This document shows positions 56,711-64,000 of a DNA stretch of 64,000 nucleotides, piece after piece. The DNA lies in the NCBI GenBank assembly GCA_020723805.1, contig DYID01000006.1:74694-138693 (forward strand), read 5' to 3'. The notes beneath the pieces were generated by a model. The model was not told where the DNA came from, made no database searches, and worked only from the letters and a program-made list of their open reading frames with translations. This stretch comes from Anaerolinea sp. GTDB lineage: Bacteria; Chloroflexota; Anaerolineae; Anaerolineales; Villigracilaceae. The position numbers and the translations under genes are program-made. Every line of letters starts with the position of its first letter. The stretch's first letter is position 1.

Positions 56711-58519
56711 ATGAAAATCCAACTCCGTCTGGTATTTATCTGGATAGTCATTTTAGGTTTTATTCACGCTTGTTACAGCAGTTTCGATGAATCGCACAAT
56801 GGTAAAACAAGCACTGCATTGCCGATTTCGTCGCATCCAACTGCATCGGCAGTGATGGCAACTGCAACTCGGGAAAGTCAGGTGGGTTTAACGATTCCTT
56901 CATCCACGCCTTTGCCTGTCGCAACCATAGATATCTCAACCTTGCCCCCGAACTTTTGGATGGATATGCCTGTTGTGCCGGATGGCATCAGTGACCGTGT
57001 TCGCGAGATCTATGCACGAGGATTGCTCATGGGCAACAATCCGAATGCGTTTTCGAAGATCGGTGACTGTCACAGTACTCTTCCCTATTTTTTAGCGGAT
57101 TTTGACCGCGGAGTTTACAACCTTGGCGAATATGAGGAATTACAGCCTGCCATCGAATATTTCAAAGGTTCGTTTGGGCGAGAGAGTCTTGCCGCCAAAA
57201 AAGGGCTAAGCACGGCAGGGGTACTGGCTTCTTTATGGTCAGACTGGAAACAATGTGCAAGAAACGAAACTCCACTGGATTGCGAGTACCGTCACCATCG
57301 TCCGAGTTTTGCAATCATTTCACTAGGCACAAACGAAGCATACGATGTGAGGCTCGACAAAACCACCTTCGAAGGACGCCTGCGCCGTATTATTGAGCAT
57401 AGTATTGACCAGGGGGTGGTGCCAATCCTCAGCACCAAGGCGGACAATGATGAAGGCGACCATTACATTAACTTTGTGACTGCAAAACTGGCTTTGGAGT
57501 ATCAATTGCCGCTTTGGAATTTTTGGCGGGCTGTCCAGCCTCTTCCGCAACACGGCATGCGAAGTGCTGATCATTTAACCTTTGCCCCAACAGCATCCTT
57601 TACCGATTTTTCCAAACCCGAGTATCTCGCGTATGGAATGCAGATACGCAATCTGACCGCCCTCCAGATATTGGATGTGATCCGGCGGGAGATCACACGC
57701 TCCGACCCGGTGGTCTCCGCTGACACTACTGCTCCAACCGCATCTCAAGCGTCGGAGATCTACCAGGTTGGGGAGAAAATGGTCTCTGCTGTTGATGGCA
57801 TGAATCTTGTTTATATTCCCGCCGGCGAATTCGAGATGGGATATACGCTGGGAGAAGCGGATGCGCGCCCGATTCACCATGTTTCCTTGCATGCCTTCTG
57901 GATGGACCAAACCGAGGTTACAGCCGCGATGTACGCGCAATTCCTGAATGCAAATGGTAATCAAATCGAAGGCGGAGTCCCATGGCTTGATGTCAGGGAA
58001 CCTTTGGTTTGGGTAACGAATAAAAACGGCAGATGGGAATCTGTTGCGGGCCGTGAGAATTATCCGATTGTGGGCGTCTCGTGGTATGGTGCGATGGCAT
58101 ATTGCAAATGGGCAGGGCGGAGTCTGCCGACCGAGGCACAATGGGAATATGCCGCTGGAGGAAGCGAAGGGTACCGCTTCCCGTGGGGAAATGATGCGCC
58201 GACTTGCCTCCGCTCTCAATTCTTTGGATGTGGAAGTGGAACCGTGGCAAGTGGTAGTTTGCCGCTGGGAGGTAGTCCATTTGGCGTATATGAAATGGCT
58301 GGGAACGTCAAGGAGTGGATCAATGATCGTTATGACGCAGATTATTACAAAATATCACCTGTAGAAAACCCGCCGGGCGCTTCTTTTGGTTATTATCGGG
58401 TATTGCGCGGCGGATCGTGGGGAAGTTCCTATATCGAGTTGCAGTCTTCCCACCGCGATTGGGCAGGCGCAGACACACAGGAAAGTGACATTGGTTTTCG
58501 CTGTGTGCTCAATCCGTAG
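56711..58519 (+). CDS. Secreted/lipoprotein fusion of an SGNH-like domain and an FGE-sulfatase (SUMF1-like) domain
   Basis: Signal peptide, Ser/Thr/Pro linker, KIGDCHS...LGTNE...DHL, then IPAGEFEMG, TEVT, LPTEAQWEYAA, MAGNVKEW, RGGSW, GFRC. Confidence 0.75.
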   Translation: MKIQLRLVFIWIVILGFIHACYSSFDESHNGKTSTALPISSHPTASAVMATATRESQVGLTIPSSTPLPVATIDISTLPPNFWMDMPVVPDGISDRVREIYARGLLMGNNPNAFSKIGDCHSTLPYFLADFDRGVYNLGEYEELQPAIEYFKGSFGRESLAAKKGLSTAGVLASLWSDWKQCARNETPLDCEYRHHRPSFAIISLGTNEAYDVRLDKTTFEGRLRRIIEHSIDQGVVPILSTKADNDEGDHYINFVTAKLALEYQLPLWNFWRAVQPLPQHGMRSADHLTFAPTASFTDFSKPEYLAYGMQIRNLTALQILDVIRREITRSDPVVSADTTAPTASQASEIYQVGEKMVSAVDGMNLVYIPAGEFEMGYTLGEADARPIHHVSLHAFWMDQTEVTAAMYAQFLNANGNQIEGGVPWLDVREPLVWVTNKNGRWESVAGRENYPIVGVSWYGAMAYCKWAGRSLPTEAQWEYAAGGSEGYRFPWGNDAPTCLRSQFFGCGSGTVASGSLPLGGSPFGVYEMAGNVKEWINDRYDADYYKISPVENPPGASFGYYRVLRGGSWGSSYIELQSSHRDWAGADTQESDIGFRCVLNP

Positions 58520-59348
58520 ATAATCTATTTTCGACCAGCCTTTTCCACTCCTCGATGCTCAAAGTCTCCGCCCGCCGCATGGGATCTATGCCCACCTCGC
58601 GGAGCAGTTCTTCTGCCTCTGTCGGGCGAATGTGCAAACCCGCTGAAAGCGCGTTGCGGAGCGTTTTCCGTTTTTGGCTGAAGCCCGCCTTGATGAACTT
58701 GAAAAAGGTATCGAGCGCCTCCTGAGGAACTTGCGGCACAGGGTATATCTCCACGCACAGCACCGCCGAATCCACTTTGGGAGCCGGAAAGAACGCCTCC
58801 GCCGGAATCCGCCCGGCAATGCGCGGCTCTCCATAGACCTGCACACTCAACGCCAGCAAACTCATGCCGCCGGGCTGGGCGCAGATGCGCTCCGCCACCT
58901 CCTTTTGCACGGTCAACACCAGACGGCGCGGCTTGGGCTCATGTTCGAGCAAGTGACGGACGATGGCGGATGTAATGTAGTACGGAATGTTGGCGACCAC
59001 CAGATACCCCGCCTCTCGAACGAGTTCCGACGGAGCAATCTTGAGAATGTCGCCATGCACGACGCGGACGTTGGGATAAGGCTGGAGAACTGCCTTGAGC
59101 GGCGGAATCAGTTCCGGGTCCAGTTCGACCGCGACCACTTCACGGGCAGAGGCGGCGAGATAGCGCGTCAGACTTCCCAGTCCCGGTCCGATCTCCAGCA
59201 CGGTGTCGGTCGGTTGAATTTCTGCGGCGGCGGCGATGCGTTCCAGGGCGTGCGGGTCCTGCAGAAAATTTTGCCCGAGGCGTTTATCGGCGCGCAAGCC
59301 GTACCGTTTGAGCAGAGCGGAGGCATCCAGGCGGGGAATGGAAATCAT
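58509..59348 (-). CDS. rsmA: 16S rRNA adenine dimethyltransferase
   Basis: LGQNFL, VLEIGPGLG, ANIPYYI, PAPKVDS, RRAETL. Confidence 0.93.
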   Translation of the reverse strand: MISIPRLDASALLKRYGLRADKRLGQNFLQDPHALERIAAAAEIQPTDTVLEIGPGLGSLTRYLAASAREVVAVELDPELIPPLKAVLQPYPNVRVVHGDILKIAPSELVREAGYLVVANIPYYITSAIVRHLLEHEPKPRRLVLTVQKEVAERICAQPGGMSLLALSVQVYGEPRIAGRIPAEAFFPAPKVDSAVLCVEIYPVPQVPQEALDTFFKFIKAGFSQKRKTLRNALSAGLHIRPTEAEELLREVGIDPMRRAETLSIEEWKRLVENRLSTD

Positions 59349-59356
59349 TGGCAGGA

Positions 59357-60556
59357 TCAGTCCAAGTTGTACACGATGACCGGCGGAACGGGGGTGAGGA
59401 AATAGACCGTAACCCAGCCGTGCCAACCCTGAAAGTCGTCGTCGCTGTAGCCAAGGTCAATCCACGGTTTGCCCACGCATCCGCCGCAGGCATCTTCGAC
59501 GGTGGCAAAGCCATAGCCGGGGATGTAGAGCGGCTGTCCGCGCATGGCGCGGTAGAGGTCGGTGCGAAGCGCCACCACGCCCTTCTGCAATGTTTTGCCG
59601 CTGGCGGTGGTGGAGCCACAGGTGGGAATGCCCAGCCGGCAGGGAGAGTAGGATGTGGCATACATTTGCACTGCGCGCCAGTATTCGATGGTCACGCCGT
59701 CCACCACAGCGGTTTTGATTTCCACCTTGGTGCCGTAGGCAAGGATGCGTTTTTTGGGCGGGCGCGCGAGCGTTTCCTCCTCAACAACTCGCGAGACCTC
59801 TGCGCCGTCTTCATAGCGCACCCGCACACGCTGAACGCTGAGTCCGTTTTCGCCGGGTGAGAGGATCTGCGTCTGGTCGAGCGGGACATCCGCCGAGGCA
59901 ACCAGTTCACTTTCGAAGGGGATGGATTTTTGGGTCAGGACGATGGCTTCGCTGACCCGCACCACGCGGATCTGCCCGTCGGCTGGCAGCGCCTCATGTT
60001 CCGACGGGAGGCTGTAATCCAGCCCGAGGAGTGGAATCCCCGCCTCAGCCAACGCCTCGCCCACCGTCCGCGCGGAAGATGCGGTTTGCAGGGTCTTACC
60101 GTCGGCGGTGATGGTGAGGGGACGGGCGGGGTTATAGTGAATAGCAATTGGTGAATTGGTTATTGGCGAGGCGGGAGGTGGGTCAATGCGGTCGCTTGCT
60201 GTCAGTTGAATTCCTTCTTGCCTCAGCGCTTCGCCGACGGTGAACGCAGAGGTCTGAATCTGCCGCTCTCCCTGCGGCGTGACGAGCGTCACGGTCACGG
60301 CGCGGCGGATTTGCAGAACGAGGGGCGTCCCTTCGAGGCGCTGGTCGAGCGATGCGGCAGGTTTTCCGTTGACCAGCACGTCATCGTGCACACCGAGCGT
60401 AATTCCTGCCTGAGCGAGCAACCCTTGGAGCGTGCGCTCTTCTGTTTGCAAAGTGATAACCTGTTCGCCGTCCAAGATGGTGACGACGGGAAGAACAGCA
60501 GGTTGACAGGCAGTGAGGAGAAGCGCAAAAAGAAGCGCCAGCATGCGCCGAAACAT
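59357..60556 (-). CDS. YabE/RpfB-like cell-wall protein (DUF348 repeats + G5 + 3D-like domain)
   Basis: Lipobox LTAC, repeated TVGEAL units, G5 (GENG...R...DG), MYATSYS...VEDAC...IDL; adjacent to rsmA as in Firmicutes/Actinobacteria. Confidence 0.78.
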   Translation of the reverse strand: MFRRMLALLFALLLTACQPAVLPVVTILDGEQVITLQTEERTLQGLLAQAGITLGVHDDVLVNGKPAASLDQRLEGTPLVLQIRRAVTVTLVTPQGERQIQTSAFTVGEALRQEGIQLTASDRIDPPPASPITNSPIAIHYNPARPLTITADGKTLQTASSARTVGEALAEAGIPLLGLDYSLPSEHEALPADGQIRVVRVSEAIVLTQKSIPFESELVASADVPLDQTQILSPGENGLSVQRVRVRYEDGAEVSRVVEEETLARPPKKRILAYGTKVEIKTAVVDGVTIEYWRAVQMYATSYSPCRLGIPTCGSTTASGKTLQKGVVALRTDLYRAMRGQPLYIPGYGFATVEDACGGCVGKPWIDLGYSDDDFQGWHGWVTVYFLTPVPPVIVYNLD

Positions 60557-60557
60557 G

Positions 60558-61979
60558 TCAGCGGATTCCTGCCACCTTCAAGCCGTCCTCGAGAATTGCC
60601 TGAACCTTATCCTGGTGCGTCGTCTCGCAATAGACGCGCATAATGGGCTCCGTGCCGCTGAAGCGGATGAGCAGCCAGCCGCCGTCTTCTAGTTTGAACT
60701 GAAAGCCATCCACCGTCACCAGTTCGGTGACCTTCAAGCCGCCAAGTGTTGCGGGTTTGGCATTGAGGATCATCTGTTCGCGGGTCTGGCGGTCGCCGCT
60801 GAAGGGAGTATCAATGCGGTCGTAGAAATGTTCTCCAACCTTGTCGAAGAGCATCTTCAGGAGTTCGGTTGGTTTCTTGCCCGTGCGTACCATGAAATCG
60901 AGGAAATACAGCCCGGCAAGGATGCCATCGCGTTCGGGGACGTTGCCGCGGAAGGCGTAACCGCCGCTCTCCTCGCCGCCGATGAGCGCGTTCGTCTCGA
61001 TCATTTTCGGGGCAACATACTTGAAACCGACGCCCGTCTCATGCACCGGCACGTTGTAGAGTTTGCCCAATTTGTTCAGCATGGTGGTGGTCGAAAGCGT
61101 CTTGACGATGTCGCCGCGTTCGCCGCGCACCTCCAGCAGGTAGAGCGCCAGCAGGGCGTACACGCGCAATTGATTGATGAATTCGCCGTTCTCATCGCCG
61201 ATGCCGCAGCGGTCGGCGTCGCCGTCGGTGATGAGCAGGACATCCGCTTTGTGTTCGACGGTGGCGCGCAAGCCCGCGTCAATGTTGGGGCGGATCGGCT
61301 CCGGGCGTTTCATTTCGGGAAAGATGGGATTGCGCTGGTTGTGGATTTCGATAATCTGCGTCTTGCCGCCGCCGAGCAGTTTGGTGAACCAGCCTGCGCC
61401 GTTGCCCCACATCGGGTCCACCACCACCTTGAAACCGGCGTCTTTGATTTTTTGCAAGTCCACCAGTTTTTGGAGATGAACGATGTATGCCTCGGATGCG
61501 TCGAAATAGACCACCCTGCCGTCCTTCAGAGCATCGGGAAGGGAAACCCGCTTCACCGCCTCGACCGAATCCGGAATCAGCGCTTCGATCTTTTTCAACC
61601 CCTCGGGGTCTATCGCTCCGCCGTGTGGGTCGCGGACCTTGAAACCGTTGTCGGTGGGAGGGTTGTGCGAGGCGGTGATGTTGACGGCTCCGCACGCCCC
61701 TTTATTTACCACAGCAAAGGCAATGACCGGGGTGGGCGTGGCGCCGTCGGTGAGGTAGACGTTCAAGCCATTGCCAGCCAGCACCTCGGCGGCGGCGGCG
61801 GCGAAGTTTTCGGAGTGGAAGCGTTTATCATAGCCGACGACCACCCAGCGTCCGGCGTACCCCTGCTCCAGCAGGTAGGAGGCAAAGCCCTGCGCCGCCC
61901 GCCGCACGTTGTCGAAGGTGTAGTCTTCGGCGATGATTCCGCGCCATCCGTCTGTGCCGAATTTGATTTTGTATGCCAT
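60558..61979 (-). CDS. Phosphoglucomutase/phosphomannomutase family protein
   Basis: [34 protein letters not shown]. Confidence 0.93.
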   Translation of the reverse strand: MAYKIKFGTDGWRGIIAEDYTFDNVRRAAQGFASYLLEQGYAGRWVVVGYDKRFHSENFAAAAAEVLAGNGLNVYLTDGATPTPVIAFAVVNKGACGAVNITASHNPPTDNGFKVRDPHGGAIDPEGLKKIEALIPDSVEAVKRVSLPDALKDGRVVYFDASEAYIVHLQKLVDLQKIKDAGFKVVVDPMWGNGAGWFTKLLGGGKTQIIEIHNQRNPIFPEMKRPEPIRPNIDAGLRATVEHKADVLLITDGDADRCGIGDENGEFINQLRVYALLALYLLEVRGERGDIVKTLSTTTMLNKLGKLYNVPVHETGVGFKYVAPKMIETNALIGGEESGGYAFRGNVPERDGILAGLYFLDFMVRTGKKPTELLKMLFDKVGEHFYDRIDTPFSGDRQTREQMILNAKPATLGGLKVTELVTVDGFQFKLEDGGWLLIRFSGTEPIMRVYCETTHQDKVQAILEDGLKVAGIR

Positions 61980-62062
61980 GTTTGCGACTCCCGTAAAGGT
62001 TGTTTGGGCGATTATAACATCCGAAAAAAATGAACCCTGAGGAACGCTCAGGGTTCGTTGCT

Positions 62063-63121
62063 TCATGGTGTGGGGGTGGCGCTGGGAACGATTTCCGGCG
62101 CAGGCGTGGGTGGCGGCGGTGTTGCGGTTACCGCACTCTCCAGCGGTTGACCGCTCATCAGCAACTGCCAGGCGATTTCCAAATCGCCCGATGCCACCAC
62201 CGGGAACGATGGCAGGTTGTTGAGCGCCAGGTCCAGCCGTTCGAGCGCTTGTCCTTGCGCTGTGTCCTGCGTTTCGGCTTGCAGGTTTGCCAAAAGGTCG
62301 CGCGCCGATTGAACGTCGGCTTTTGCCAGCCCGAAGTTGCTTTGGGCGAGGTAGAGCCTGGCGCGGGCGAGCGTGTCGAGGACGCGGGTCAGGAGGACTT
62401 CCCGTTTCAATTCCTGCAAGGTTTTATCGTTGGTTTCCTGGATTGCCGTTTCGAGCGCGGCTTGCATTTCCTCCAGTTTTGCCAGGTTTGCCGTGTACCC
62501 TTCAATTGCTTTTTCGAGGGCGGCGAGGCGGTCGTTGTTTTCTGCCTGCTGTTCTTTGAGTAAGTCAATTTCCTGATTGGCAGTTTCCATCTGACGGTTG
62601 AGTTCGTCCAGTTGGGTCTGCAAGTTTGTCGCCTTGTTTTCCAGTTCGCGGATGCGATAGGTGTTTTGCTCCAACGGCGCGATGAGACGGTCGTTGATGA
62701 ACGGCACGCCGTAGTAAATGGCGGCAACGCCACCGCCAATGACCAGTACCATGAGGACCAGTCTAAGCACCGCCCGCAGAAACCATAGAAACGCCCTGCC
62801 GAGTTTTGTTCCAAAAGAGGTTTGTTCGCCGGCTGGCGGTGTTTTTCCCGGCGGCGGTGTTTCTTCCGCGGGAGCGGGAGTTGCTTGTGTTTCAGCAGGA
62901 GAGGGAGGCAGTTGCGGAGGGGTTTCGTTGTTCATTTTTTCGAATGCGGCTTGTGCGCGGGCAAGCAGGTTTTTGCCCATGCCGCGCACCTTCAGAACAT
63001 CCTCCAGCGAGTGGAAGGGACGCGCGGCAATCAGGTTTTCCGCCAGCGTGGAAGAGATGCCGGGCAGTTGCGTCAGCGTCTCTACATTTGCGGAGTTGAG
63101 GAACTGTAAAAAGTCAGCCAT
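62063..63121 (-). CDS. Helix-hairpin-helix (ComEA-like) + Pro-rich linker + TM + coiled-coil protein
   Basis: [16 protein letters not shown]...KVRGMG HhH pair, one TM helix, long heptad region. Confidence 0.7.
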   Translation of the reverse strand: MADFLQFLNSANVETLTQLPGISSTLAENLIAARPFHSLEDVLKVRGMGKNLLARAQAAFEKMNNETPPQLPPSPAETQATPAPAEETPPPGKTPPAGEQTSFGTKLGRAFLWFLRAVLRLVLMVLVIGGGVAAIYYGVPFINDRLIAPLEQNTYRIRELENKATNLQTQLDELNRQMETANQEIDLLKEQQAENNDRLAALEKAIEGYTANLAKLEEMQAALETAIQETNDKTLQELKREVLLTRVLDTLARARLYLAQSNFGLAKADVQSARDLLANLQAETQDTAQGQALERLDLALNNLPSFPVVASGDLEIAWQLLMSGQPLESAVTATPPPPTPAPEIVPSATPTP

Positions 63122-63483
63122 CAGTCCTCCGCCAGCCACTTTTTCGCCGCTTCCACGTCGTCGAAGTATTTCAGCGGCTGACCGGTCAAAGCAGTGAGAA
63201 GGTCGGCGAGTTTGCGCTTGATGCCGGTCACGCCGAGCACTGCGGTTTTATGGACGTGGGCTTTGGTGGCGGCGGAGGCGGTGTTCAGTGCGGGGAGCAA
63301 GTCACTGCCAATGTTGGTGTCGCGAAAATCCGAGAGCACCAGCACGGAATCGGGCGGCTGAGACTTGACGATTTTTTGTACTTCTTCCAATTCGGCTTTG
63401 ACTGCCGCCGAATTGAAGAACAGTTTCGAAAAATCCTGATAGAAGATTTGCTTGCCGTTGTATTCAATCCAATGGGAGCGCAT
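63121..63483 (-). CDS. Hypothetical protein, STAS/SpoIIAA-like fold likely
   Basis: VLVLSDF...KTAVLG...YFDDVEAAKKWL C-terminus; its TGA overlaps the next ATG. Confidence 0.6.
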   Translation of the reverse strand: MRSHWIEYNGKQIFYQDFSKLFFNSAAVKAELEEVQKIVKSQPPDSVLVLSDFRDTNIGSDLLPALNTASAATKAHVHKTAVLGVTGIKRKLADLLTALTGQPLKYFDDVEAAKKWLAED

Positions 63484-63493
63484 GACAGTCCTC

Positions 63494-63907
63494 CTATTTC
63501 TTCAGGTCGTGCCGCAGGGCGATACCGGTGGCAATTGCCCCGACGAGTTCCCAAATGCCCACGCCCAAAAAGCGCAGAGGAGCAAGCCCGCTTAGCGCGG
63601 CGGTGGTGAAGACAAGGAAGGTCAGGGTGCGGAAAGGGACGGTCCATTTGTAGAACGGTTTGAGGTCGTTGAATGAGGCGAGGATGTAGTACACACCCAT
63701 GTTGAAGGAAGCCATCGCCGAAGCGGTCATGAAGACCAGGGTGTAATCGCCGGCGGCGCGGGAGGCGCGGTCCAGCACTTCGAAGCCGAGGATGGATAAA
63801 AGGATTTCGGGGCGTATCAAGCCCAAAAGTCCAAGAAGAAGCGCGAGCGCTCCGAAGATGAACATCGTCCAGCCGGAGGCGTCTTTGATTTTGAAGTTTG
63901 CGGTCAT
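63494..63907 (-). CDS. Hypothetical membrane protein
   Basis: Four hydrophobic segments; AAGGAG RBS. Confidence 0.7.
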   Translation of the reverse strand: MTANFKIKDASGWTMFIFGALALLLGLLGLIRPEILLSILGFEVLDRASRAAGDYTLVFMTASAMASFNMGVYYILASFNDLKPFYKWTVPFRTLTFLVFTTAALSGLAPLRFLGVGIWELVGAIATGIALRHDLKK

Positions 63908-64000
63908 GGGGTCTCTGTCTCCTTGATGGCAGATTATACCGAATCTCCGATAAAAGCCAGCAAATCGGCTATACTATGGCGCATCCCATTTTGCGAGGCA

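Noticed and set aside
1-64000. Retron, DGR, prophage or integron as the source of the repeat/cassette pattern
   Set aside because: No reverse transcriptase, integrase, recombinase or phage structural gene is recognisable in the window.

Overview
Bacterial chromosomal segment of moderately high GC. Gene content and style (roadblock/V4R signalling genes, tungsten-type AORs, mre-min-rodA operon, yabE-like/rsmA) suggest a Chloroflexota/Anaerolineae-like organism; this is inference, not a database match. Left to right: the 3' part of a type IIG/IIL (Eco57I-like) restriction-modification gene; ynfA; a ~17 kb polyamine uptake/catabolism cluster (mmsA, putrescine aminotransferase, potABCD, Lrp regulator, saccharopine-dehydrogenase-like enzyme, two aldehyde:ferredoxin oxidoreductases, two more class III aminotransferases); tRNA-Thr; housekeeping genes (mshA-like GT4, rluB-like, CBS-ACT, M20 peptidase, DedA, cyclophilin, udk, degV); mreBCD-mrdA-minCDE-rodA-gltX; a stand-alone class III cyclase and glnS; tRNA-Leu; an AT-rich MBOAT/SGNH islet whose MBOAT is frameshifted at a T7 tract, next to an internally deleted IS701-family element; a self-contained mannitol-type PTS operon with a LacI regulator; tRNA-Asp; roadblock-V4R-response regulator; an SGNH-FGE fusion; rsmA, yabE-like, pgm. 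The best candidates for something undescribed: (1) heptamer-periodic inverted-repeat elements sitting at stop-to-start junctions, present both empty and enclosing an AT-richer cargo gene; (2) a spermidine/putrescine degradation route that appears to use AORs in place of NAD-dependent aldehyde dehydrogenases; (3) a mannitol-type PTS operon lacking mtlD but encoding a SorE-like dehydrogenase with a duplicated Rossmann domain plus a 1-phosphofructokinase-family kinase, suggesting a fructose-1-phosphate route; (4) palindromic repeats inserted in frame in the R-M gene. All functional calls come from motif recognition only; no searches were run.
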